DNA from: Podarcis filfolensis
Lineage: Eukaryota
Assembly: GCA_964270895.1 (NCBI GenBank)
Contig: OZ185447.1
Length of the DNA: 64,000 nt
Strand: one strand, 5' to 3'
Positions within the stretch are counted from its first letter, which is position 1. Each line of letters opens with the position of its first letter. The translations under genes were made by a program, and so were the position numbers. Below are positions 23,701 to 33,833 of the stretch, piece by piece. The notes under the pieces were generated by a model. The model worked only from the letters and a program-made list of their open reading frames with translations. It searched no databases and was not told the DNA's origin.

Positions 23701-24622
23701 AAACAAGGTTCACAGCAAACTGCTTTCTCTTTCACTGTGGGCACCGGATCAGTACGGAGCATATTCAGCTTGTATAATCTTCCCTCATTTTCTCTCCCCC
23801 CCTCCATTCTATAGTTATTATTCTTTCTTTTAATTTGTTCCTTGTCCTATATTAGCATAATTTAGTTGTCTTGGTTTATTCCGCATCCCCGGCTGCCTCT
23901 TAGAGGAGGGGTTGGGGGGCACACAGGCTTAGGGCCTGTGGGGCTGGCGCCTGGCCTTGAACCCCGGGGGGCTTACGGCCCAGTTCTCAGCCAAAGCTGA
24001 AGGGGCCCCGGGCCAGGAACCTTGCACGGCTGGCAGCAGAGTGCTCCCCTCGGCAGAGGCTTAAGCGCTACCCCGTAGGGCTGAGCGTTTCCTGGGCTGC
24101 TTGCGCTGCATGGGGAGCTGCGCTTCGCGGGGTTTGCACAGGCCGCTTTGGGGCTTTTGCTGGTCGTGGCCTGGCTGCAATTTTCCCAGCGACTTTGGGT
24201 GCTGGGGACCGCCCCGCTGCCTTGTTGGCTCTGTGTGAGCCTTTCTCCTCCTTCCCACCCCCCACACTATCCCCGGCTGCTGGAGGCAGCCAGGGAGGCT
24301 GTACCAAGCGGCGGGGGACTCACCGGCGTTCCTGGGGCCTCTGGGGTCGTCCTCCGCATGGCGGTTGCCAGCGGCGGGCTCAGGCACGCTCCGGTGCATG
24401 GCGCCCATCCAGGCCTTGCCGCGTTAAGTGAGAGGCGCTCCGGGAGCGCCTTGGCACAGCCGTTCAGCGCTTCTGCACTTTCGGCAACAATATTGGCCCT
24501 GGGAGCCTCTTCTCCCTTTTTTGTTTCTCCAACAGGGCTTCAGGGCACCTGGTGGGAGCAGTTGGTGGGCCCGCCATTTTAGGTAGTCGGGCGGGAGCAC
24601 CATTTTGCTTCCTTACAGTCAG

Positions 24623-24771
24623 AGTGGCAGCCTCTAGTGGCCATCCGGCATAAGTGCAGGGTTTTTTCAACCCTGAATTTAAGTGGTGGCCTCTAGTGGC
24701 CGTTCTGATAAGTGCAGGATAACTCTAACATTGAGTGGTGGCCTCTAGTGGCTGCTTCGGGTAAGTGCAGG
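24623..24771 (+). repeat. Three imperfect direct repeats (AGTGG.GCCTCTAGTGGC...TAAGTGCAGG) in the element leader
   Basis: Copies at 24623-24660, 24682-24718 and 24734-24771; the third ends in the consensus donor CGG|GTAAGT. Confidence 0.85.
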
Positions 24772-25005
24772 GTATTTCCATCTGCACGTTTTGCCACCCA
24801 GGGGTGGCTTGTAATTTTGCAGCTTTCTATATCGGTTGCTAAATTATATTGAGTTGTTCTATTTGCTGCCATTTGATGTATGATTGCATTGTTGCTTATC
24901 TTATTTGATTTAATCAATTTAATTTAATTTAATTTAATTATTTGTTAGCCACATATTCATTTCTTATTTTAATTTTATAAATTTGTCTTTTCTACTGGCA
25001 GCAGG

Positions 25006-26470
25006 ATGGCTCCAAAGAAAAAGGTGCCAAGGATGCCTGGACCCGTGTCCTCGGCAAAGTGGCCTATAAAAGGCCCGTCCCAGGCTTTGCGTTCCCCCGA
25101 GCCTAGCCAGTCGCTGACACACCTCCAATCCATGGTCACTAGTTTAGCTGGTGACCCTGTGGCACTGGCGCGAGTTGAGGCCGAGATGGATGGCCTGATG
25201 CAATGCTGCTCAACTCCGTCAACTTCTTATGCGAGGCTGGCTCCTCCAGTGCATGCATCTTCTCCGGTGTCGCCATCTAGTGAAGATGAGAGAGGAATAT
25301 CATCAGTCGGGGGTTTCTTACCTAACACGCAACTGGCCCAGTCCCTGGTCTTACCTGTGTCCCAGGCTGCCACGCCAAGGGGTCAGGGTCGCACCAGGGG
25401 TGTGGCCAGGAGAAGGGCATCTACCCGTGGCTAGGTGGCGCGGGGTTCATCTGCGCAGTCTTCTGCAGCTGAAAGGTCGGTTCCGGGTCATTCACAGGTT
25501 GTCTCTTTTCAGTCAGTTCCAGGTGCTGTGCAGCAAGGCGATATGTCAGAGTCTTCAGTTGAGGACAGCCTTCCTCCACCTCCAAAGACCTCTTTCGCCA
25601 GGCACCGCCGCCACAAAAGGAGCTCCAGGAGGCTCGCCAAGAGGAGACGGCAGGACACCTCATCCTCCTCTACAGGAACTTCATCCCAAAGTTCCAGTAG
25701 TGATGAGGAAGCTTCTCTTAAACTTTATTGGGGCTTCGGGGAGACCTTGGGGCTCCCGAAGTGGGTTTGGGAGCGAAGGGCAAACTCTCACAGGGCGAAG
25801 TACGGGGCGGTGCAAGATTGTCGGAAAGGGGTTCTGGTGCCTAATGTAAAGGTATCTACCAATTCGGCTAGAGATCTTATACCTGGTGCCCACTTGGCTA
25901 CCAAATTGAGGTCCAGGATTTTGAATGGCCGTTATGTTGATATATTTAGCCTTGCCCCTCCGCTAGATGGTCAGGAGCTACAGGAAAAGGGCTTTGCCGC
26001 CTCTAAAAAATGGACGGTCTTAGCTAAAGTGGATAGGACATTTGAACGCTGGTTGGATAGCTTCCAGGTCTTTGCCGGAGTGGTGTCAGCAGCTTATCCT
26101 AGGAGATCTCTGCACTTATGGGTGTATTTGTCTATAGTCCGTTCGGCCTTTACAATGGCCGGGAAACTGCTGCGATATCTTATGATGAGAATTTTAGACA
26201 CAGGGCTGCCAAGATCCCTACAGCCCGCTGGGATCGGAAGGACTTGGATGTGTGGACCACTTATGTGGCTCCACGTATTGACAAAAAGGCTCCAGAACCA
26301 CAGAAACCTAAGGCTGTCCCAGCAAAGGCGGGTCGCAAGCTGTTTTGCTGAGACTTCAACAAGGGTATCTGCCAGCGTCAATCCTGCAGATACCCACATG
26401 TGTGTGAGAGGTGTTCTGGGAACCATCCGGCATCCGCTTGTGGGGGGGGCCGGCGGCCCTTTCGGAAAGG
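25006..26470 (+). pseudogene. gag-like ORF1 of element 1 (stops/frameshift), with C-terminal zinc-finger-like Cys/His motif
   Basis: Pieces 25006-25434, 25435-~26160 and 26118-26351 (SYDENFRHRAA...W); C*DFNKGICQRQSCRYPHMCERCSGNHPASAC with TGA in place of Trp. Confidence 0.8.
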
Positions 26471-28498
26471 GGGGCCTCTCAGCAGCCCTCAAAAGCCGCT
26501 CCCCAGGCCCCAGCCGCTGGAGCAGGAAAGTAGTATCCTATCCTCCTTAGCCTATACCCCGGTACGGCTACAGCCATTACTTTCATTATTACAGTCATAC
26601 CTTGACTGGGACATGGCGTCTTATTTGCGTGGTGGTTTTTCTTTAGGCTTCAGAATTCTGGTGGTCTCAATCCCGGTAGCTAGGAACCCTGCAAGCCAGA
26701 AGTCCGTTAAGGACATGCCAGAGGTGGCACGTAAGAAAATCGGGAAAGAACTGGCTTTACGTCGTATGGCCGGCCCTTTTGCCGTTTCCCCCTTTCCCAA
26801 TTTGCACATTTCACCTTTAGGTATAGTTCCTAAGAAAGCACCAGTGGAATTCCGCCTAATTCATAACCTTTCACACCCTAGGGGCACATCAGTAAATGAT
26901 GTTATTCCCCCAGAGCTTTGTTTGGTGAAGTATGCTTCTCTTGATCATGCGATCAAGATGATACAGAAATTTGGGCCAGGTGCCCTACTGGCCAAATGCG
27001 ACATTGAATCTGCATTTCAGCTGCTTCCAATTCACCCCGACGACTTTTGGTTGCTAGGTTTCCAGTTTGATGGGGGATTTTACTTTGATAAGGCCATGCC
27101 CATGGGCTGCTCGGTAGCCTGTGCCGCCTTTGAGTGTTTTAGTTCATTTCTGGATTGGGCCTTGCGCAAAAGAACTGGTTTGGGTGGAGTCACGCATTAT
27201 TTGGATGATTTTTTATTGGCCTCAGCTAGCGATACGGGGAACTGTGTTGTGTTATTGCAGGCCTTTGCTTCCTTAACGCAAGAACCGGGCGGGCCGTTGG
27301 TGGCGGAGAAGACTGAGGGTCCTTCTATGCAGCTGACTTACTTGGGTATCTTGTTGGATACTGTGGCCCAAACTTCCAGCTTGCCGGCAGATAAGATATG
27401 TTAAAAGGGGTCATTGAAGAACTGCTTCCCTTGAAGAAGGTTACCTTGTGACAGCTGCAGTCGTTGCTAGGTGACAGGATTTATGAGCTGACAAGTTAGC
27501 TAAGATAAAGCTCCGGGCACGTCGCCACCTTTGTATAAGATTTATTGCTCATCTTCAAAGCATTTTTTACAAGAGTTCAAATACATACATCCTCCTTCTA
27601 CGACTGAGATGAATCTTCTGGCTCCTCCCTCTGACGTCTCCAGCAGACCCATCTCTTGAGTCCACGCCTCCTCTTTCCTCCGCTCTGTGAGTGGCTAGGT
27701 CCTGGCATCGGCTCCCCCCTCCCAGCCTCTTCGTCTGACGTGGAAGTAAAGCTGCTGATTGCCTGCTTGGGCTCTCTATACTTGTCTCCCTCTACCTTCC
27801 GTTCTCTGATAGCCTCCCATTCCCTGACACTAGGTCACCTGAATTTTGCTTGCAGGGTGGTCACCCCGGGGCGACCATTCTGCTCTTGCTTGGCCAGACA
27901 CATGTCAGGCTTGAGGGCCCCACAGCATAGGGTGCGCCTTTCTTGTCAGGTGCGGGCTGACCTTCGTATTTGGTTGGAATTCCTGGAGGAATTCAACGGG
28001 GTGTCTCTGTGGCAGGACACTTTGAACCTCCACAATGATTTTCAGGTGCACTCCGATGCTGCAGGGTCTTTGGCGTTTGGCCTGTTTTGGGACGGTAGGT
28101 GCTGTGCTGAGCACTGGCCTCCAGCTTGGCGTGGGGAAGCTATAACTCGGGACCTAACTTTTATTGAGTTTTTTCCCATTGTAGTGGCCGTGCATTTGTG
28201 GGTCGAGCATTTCAGGGACCGTCAAGTCTGTTTTTGGTCCGATAACCAGGCGGTGGTGAACGTGCTAGCCAAGCAGTCTTCACAATCTCCTAGGGTATCA
28301 GCCCTGTTACGGGCTTTTGTTTTACATTGCTTGCATTTTAACATTGTATTTTCTGCTCGTTTTGTCCCTGGCATATCTAACGAGATTGCTGATGCTCTGT
28401 CCCGTTTTCAGATGGAGCGATTCAGGTCCCTGGCGCCAGTGGCTCGAGACCGTCTGGAATTTTTCCCGGATCATCTCTGGAACCTTGGCAGCACTTAG
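26400..28498 (+). pseudogene. Reverse transcriptase / RNase H of element 1, interrupted
   Basis: PKKAPVEFRLIHNLS, LAKCDIESAF, MPMGC, HYLDDF, LGILLDT; RNase H SDAAG, FIEFFPI, WSDNQAVV, ADALSR. Frameshift near 27400, a stop, and a solo-LTR insertion. Confidence 0.93.
27472..27829 (-). mobile_element. Solo LTR (358 bp) nested in the Ngaro RT-RH linker
   Basis: TG...CA termini (TGACAGGA / TCCCTGACA), perfect 5-bp TSD CTAGG (27467-27471, 27830-27834), AATAAA on the minus strand; removing it restores QSLLGHLNFAC. Confidence 0.88.
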
Positions 28499-29385
28499 TT
28501 TTACAGGGAGAAGCTGCATCTATTGCCCCCTCCACTCTGAGGTCTTATAAAAAGGCCTGGACTGACTTTTTACACTTTACCAGGCAGTCGGTTGTAGGGG
28601 AAGTTAGTACCCCCCATTCTACTGCTCAGGTGCTCCAGTATTTGGCGCATCTATTTCAGATGCGTCGGGCGGCCAGGAAGCTGAGAATTCATACAGCGGC
28701 GATTTCTTTCTTTAGCAGGGCGTTTTTTAACAAGGATCCATGTGGGAAGTTTGTTGTGCGGAAGGCACTTGAGGGCTGGGGGCGACTTTGTCCTTCCAGG
28801 CCAACTTCCAGGTGGCCCATCACATTTGATTTGCTGACAAAGATGCGCAGTAAATTGAGGAGCATCTGTTGGTCTAGGTTTGAGGCTTGGCTATTTTCCG
28901 CAGCCTTTTCATTAGCCTTTTTGGGGGCCCTGAGAGTGGGGGAGGTGGTCCTTGAGCCTAAGCGGGATGGAGGTTCAAGTGGTTTGTTGTTGCAGGACGT
29001 GAGTCTGTCTCCGTTAGAATTGCAAGTCAATGTCAGGAATTCAAAAACTGATCAACTAGGTAGGGGAGCGGTTATTTGGCTCCCGGCAACTGGGGAGGGG
29101 GGCCCTTGCCCGGTTAAGGATCTCAAGAAATATTTGGCCTTGCAACCTACAGGTGAGGGCCCTTTGTTTATTCATGAGAACGGGCATCCATTGGCGCATC
29201 ATCAGTTCACCAAGGTATTGCGCAAAGTTATTGCAGCATGTGGCCATGTGGCTTCTGAATTTGCTCCTCATTCCTTCCAGATTGGGGCTGCAACAACAGC
29301 TTCCCATTGGGGTTTATCGGTGGAAAGGATTAAAGACCTGGGCCAGTGGAAGTCGGACGTGTTTAGAGGTTATGTGCGGATATGA
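28412..29385 (+). pseudogene. Tyrosine recombinase of element 1 (frame open, catalytic HxxR changed to HSFQ)
   Basis: APSTLRSYKKAW, GALRVGE, SKTDQ, CPV, HSFQIGAAT, GQWKS, RGYVR. Confidence 0.92.
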
Positions 29386-29425
29386 CATTGATTTCGTGTA
29401 CTTACGTTTCTTGTTTTAACCCTAG

Positions 29426-30000
29426 GTCTAGCCACTATTCGCATCTGGATAGTGGGGCACAGTACTGTGCATTGGGCTGCTGACAGAGCTCGTCAGTCCG
29501 GATTGGGAGATGGCCTTGGCCTTCCGCAGCACGTACAGGTGTCCTGGATCTCCAGAATGGGGATGCTGTGGAAGGAATTCTTACCACTTATGCAGAGGCG
29601 TATTCTCCTGGATGGCCTTCCTACGGCGATCGTGGTGCAGCTCAGGGAAAATGATATGGTTTCCTCTTCTTGTTATGTTTTGTGTGCTGCTATCTTACAA
29701 GATTTGAGGGAATTGGCGGCCATGGTGCCGGCAACTAAAATAATTTGGTCACAGTTGCTGCAACGCCGCATCTGGCGGGGTAGTCCTTGCCCAGCTGCCA
29801 CCAAGCAAGTTAGGAAGCAAATTAATTCTGCAGTGAGCAAGTTGGTGGTTGGTTTGGGTGGGTTTGTGATTCCTCACCCTTTTATTACTTTCAAAGCCGC
29901 TGAATTCTATAGGATGGATGGGGTTCATCTTTCCTCATCTGGGAATGACGTTTGGTTGAATTCAGTGGTGGCTAAGTTGAGGGTGTGGTTGAGTTTGTGA
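29426..30000 (+). CDS. SGNH/GDSL hydrolase-like ORF of element 1 (no ATG start; begins at a splice acceptor)
   Basis: Block I IWIVGHS, block II GM, block III QLREND, block V DGVHL. Confidence 0.82.
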
Positions 30001-30029
30001 GTGGTTGGCGGCGAGCGTAAGGGCTCGAG

Positions 30030-30470
30030 TGGCGGTTAGGCATTGGTTTAAATTGGTTGGTGGAGGGGGTATGGATTGGCTGTGCCTGCCCCTCCAATGC
30101 TGCTGCTGCACGGGAATTCCGTTAAAGGAATCCAGGGGCTTACCATCCTTTCGTCCAAACCCCTGGAATCAGGTTTGGGCCGCGTAAGCCCCTGGGAGCA
30201 TGCGGGGAGAAGCTGAGGGTCTGTGCCACAGCTCCAGTTATCCCTGATCTTGTTCCTCCACACTGGCTTTCGCTGGAATCTGGGAGTCAGTGCTGTCCCC
30301 TAGGCGGGGGCGGGGGCAGATAGTCATAACCAATGCCTAAGCAACCACTCACAATTTGTATGTTTAATAAAGTTGTAGCCAAAATTATGCCAAAAACCTT
30401 AAACAAAAATTTATGAGTGATGTGTGAGTTATTGGGGTAGGGGTGTTTTGGGGGACCTCAGTACGCAAAA
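30030..30470 (+). repeat. B repeat of element 1, with 13-bp inverted repeat and poly(A) signal
   Basis: TTAGGCATTGGTT 30036-30048 / AACCAATGCCTAA 30328-30340; AATAAAGTTGTAGCC near 30366. Confidence 0.85.
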
Positions 30471-30829
30471 CAAAACAGAGCAGAGTTTTCATCATCACAG
30501 AGTAAGCATTAATCAAATGAGAACATTATGGTTCTCAGGTGTGCAATGATGCAACCACACACTGTCATGGTGCACATCATGGTGCATACCTCAACAACAG
30601 GTCTGGAGACAAAACTCATTTCTAGTAAGAATACGGGGGGGGGGGTCAGTAGCTAGAGTCAAGTGCAAAGACACAATCTGGAATGTGAAATCTGTGGGCA
30701 TTTAAGCATTTTCTGGTCTTATAGAATATTTGTGTGTGCGTTTGTATATATGTATGTATGTGTGCGTGTGTGTGTGTGTATCACCCCACCTTTCTTTATG
30801 CCTCAGCTCAATGTAGCATATATGTTTCC

Positions 30830-30950
30830 TTATTTTATCCTCACAACCATATGTGAGGGAGTTTAGATTAAAGAGCAGTGATTGTCCCATAGTCACCCAG
30901 TGAGCTTCATGGCTGAACAAGGACTTGATCCGGAGTATCTTCAGTTCTGT
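30830..30950 (+). mobile_element. MIR/CORE-SINE-like fragment
   Basis: TCCTCACAAC...GTGAGG and GTCACCCAGTGAGCTTCATGGCTGA resemble the CORE domain. Confidence 0.45.
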
Positions 30951-31976
30951 TTTGACTAATACATTACTGAAAGGATCTGTGAAACAGGAATGGAATACAA
31001 ATTTGATTTGGTTCACATTTTAATTTGAATCTACATAATCCACACTTCCTGAAACAATATTTTAAACAAAATGCTGCTATCCTTTGAAATCTCCTTAAAC
31101 TTCTCTGAATTTTGCCATGCAGTTCTCCAATAAATAACCTATACACAAATGTGTATTCTAGGGGAATGTATACCTAGAAATGCATTTTTTAAGTATAGCT
31201 AGAAATGCATTTTTATTGAAAATAATGCAGAAATTGCATTCTGTTGGGGAAGACTGCTTGTAAAAATGTGTATATTAAGGTATATCCTTTATTTTGTGTT
31301 TTATTAAAGTTTTTTTATCCCACCATTCTGGTACAAAAGGCACTTTGCATTTGAAGTCACAATGCCATTTTAAAAACACCTAGCAATATAAAAAGGAAGC
31401 AGCAATTGAAACAAAAAATAGAATCATTATGTGCTACATATAAAATAAAATCTGTAGGAATGAAATGGTATTTTAATAAACAATGAAAAGCCGTGAAGGG
31501 GTGGGGGGCATATCATGTTTCATAATATATCTGCAGCCATTAAGGTTTCCTCTCCTGGTTCCATTCAAGTGTGCTTTTACTGTAAGCTGAAAATTCTCTT
31601 TCTCAACTCTGTTCATTTGAATGATTCCATACCTGTACTCAGAGCAATTTCAGTATAGAATGTTAGGGATACAAATTAAAGAAGAACACTGCAAGTCATT
31701 AACAGACAAAGAGAAGTTTGACATGAAATACATTGCAGATATGATATCAGGTGTAGGACAGTAGAGCATGGCTTGGCTAAAATGTCCCAAAGAGTCACAA
31801 AATCTTTTATGTTTGGATTTCATTGAAAAGCTCCATGCTATCCTGGAAGCCTTTAAGTCTTCACACCACCAGTTAAGACAAATGGACATAATTCAATTCA
31901 ATTTCTCTGGACAATCTTAATTTCCAAGAGTAAATGCTTTCTCTTCCCCACCAATGTCTTAACTGCCAATTGCTAC

Positions 31977-32012
31977 GTTCCGTAGGCTATAGTTGATAGT
32001 GTTGAGAGCTGG
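31977..32012 (-). pseudogene. Highly decayed OR relic (TM7 motif only)
   Basis: PALNTINYSLRN, similar at DNA level to PTLNPIIYSLRN of the neighbouring OR. Confidence 0.45.
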
Positions 32013-32477
32013 TGCATTTTGTGAAGTTTGCATATCAGAAATATGGCAAGCAGTTGGTGAAAGATGCTCATGGGAGTAGGGATGGTAGTCTCCTGGCCAC
32101 AGATCCTCTTTTCCAAATGGTGCCAATATCCCTCCCAAGACTGGGGATCCAAGATTAGAGTCATCCATGAAATGTCTAAACGAACTCATAGTAATGAAGG
32201 TTTCCATGTTAAGTCAATCCTTAGCATTGTGGTATTAGTTATTTAAAATACAGAATTACCATCTCTTTTATTCACCTTTCTGTTAACTTTGGAACAAAAG
32301 TGCCTGAAACATATTGGTTCCCAAAGTCATAATGATGGAAGTTAACCAGAGGAATATTTTGAAGAATTCACCTTTGAATGACTTCAGTTCTAAAAAAATT
32401 ACCAAAATTTGCCTGAAGTGGGATTTTAAGGTACATCTAAGGTTGTGCTCAAGAAATTATCAGTGAAGACAAAATAT

Positions 32478-32575
32478 CTATCATCCATCTATCATCTATC
32501 GTCTACCGTCTGTCGTCTGTCGTCTATCATCTATCATCTATCAATCATCTATCTAATCTAATCTATTTATCTACT
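32478..32575. repeat. (TATC)/(TGTC)n compound microsatellite
   Basis: TATCTATCATCCATCTATCATCTATCGTCTACCGTCTGTCGTCTGTCG... Confidence 0.85.
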
Positions 32576-32897
32576 TTGGATCATGCATACTACTATACTG
32601 AAATGATCACATACAAGTTAGTTGATCAAGGTTCCATATTTATTTGCAACTTTCACGACTGGCAGTTACAAAACAATGCACCATTATTATTTTTTTGGAA
32701 ACTAAGGTTAGAGGACATCACATGCCTATCGGGAATATTTAGCATCATATGGTAAAACAGAAATCACATGTCTCTCAGCTCATCACACACCGTGTAACGT
32801 TTTATTTTAAAGAAAGTTCAGTTGTCTTGATACACCATTTATTAACAGTGTGTCTCAGTTAATCTCAGTTCTTGTTAAAGGTCCTAACTTTATAATG

Positions 32898-33833
32898 TTA
32901 TCTAATTAATAACTTACTTATTGCTCTTTTCACTTCTTTGTTCCGTAGGCTATAAATAATAGGGTTAAGCGTTGGAGTTATGATATTGTAGAGAACCCCA
33001 ACAAGCTGGTCCTTTTCCAGTGAGTAGCTGGAGGTAGGTCGAAAATATGTGAATATCCCAGAGCAGTAGAACAGAATCACAACCGTGACATGAGATACGC
33101 ATGTGGAAATGGCCTTGTGACGATGTCCTTTTTGCCGATTGTTGAAAACAGCATGAAGAATCAACGAGTAGGAGATCAGAGTAAAGAAAAAAGGGCTAAA
33201 ACCTACAAATACACCCACTGTGAAAAGTGCCACTTCATTAATTGATGTGTCAGAGCATGAAATACTCAGCAATGGAGGAATGTCACAGTAAAAATGACTG
33301 ATCACATTAGATCTGCAGAAAGACAGGCGGAATGTGAGTGCTGTATGGAGAGTAGCATTGAAGAAGCCACAAGCCCAGGATACTGCAGTCAGCTGGAGAC
33401 AGGTCCATTTAGTCATGAATCTTGCATAGACCAATGGGTGACATATAGCAAAGTACCGATCCAAAGCCATAGAGGCAAGAAGAAATCCCTCAGCACCCGC
33501 CAATGAGATAAGAAAATACATTTGTGCTGCACAATCCAGTAAGGAAATGTGTGGAGATTGGACCCAAAGATCTATGAGCATTTTAGGGAGAGTCACGGAG
33601 ATGTAACAGATATCTAGGAAGGAGAGATTGCCAAGAAAGAAATACATAGGTGTGTGGAGGGACTGATTTAATAGACACACAGTGATGATGACTGAGTTGC
33701 CCAAGAAGCACATAATATACATTGTGAGGAAGAGGATGGTGAGCAAGGACTTCCCTCTTTTAATAGTTACAAATCCCAGAAGTACAAATTCTGTTATTGA
33801 TGTTTGGTTGTTAAAGAAGGATGATGTGCCCAT
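32898..33833 (-). CDS. Olfactory receptor, class II, 311 aa
   Basis: LHTPMYFFL, MALDRYFAICHPL, HFYCDIPP, KAISTCVSH, PTLNPIIYSLRN. Confidence 0.94.
   Translation of the reverse strand: MGTSSFFNNQTSITEFVLLGFVTIKRGKSLLTILFLTMYIMCFLGNSVIITVCLLNQSLHTPMYFFLGNLSFLDICYISVTLPKMLIDLWVQSPHISLLDCAAQMYFLISLAGAEGFLLASMALDRYFAICHPLVYARFMTKWTCLQLTAVSWACGFFNATLHTALTFRLSFCRSNVISHFYCDIPPLLSISCSDTSINEVALFTVGVFVGFSPFFFTLISYSLILHAVFNNRQKGHRHKAISTCVSHVTVVILFYCSGIFTYFRPTSSYSLEKDQLVGVLYNIITPTLNPIIYSLRNKEVKRAISKLLIR

Larger units (their letters stand above)
23535..30470 (+). mobile_element. Ngaro-type tyrosine-recombinase retrotransposon (DIRS order), element 1: A - gag - RT/RH - YR - SGNH - B
   Basis: Domain order and motifs as listed below. 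The right end ACGCAAAA matches the B-repeat end of the other copies. The left end is inferred from A-repeat landmark spacing (AAAGC, CCAAT, TTGGTTT motif) and is less certain. Confidence 0.88.

Noticed and set aside
24061-24670. Several overlapping ORFs on both strands in the element 1 leader
   Set aside because: GC-rich sequence with few stop codons; no recognisable domain.
27656-27830. N-terminal part of the 280-aa ORF
   Set aside because: It is read-through of the inserted solo LTR, not part of the RT/RNase H protein.
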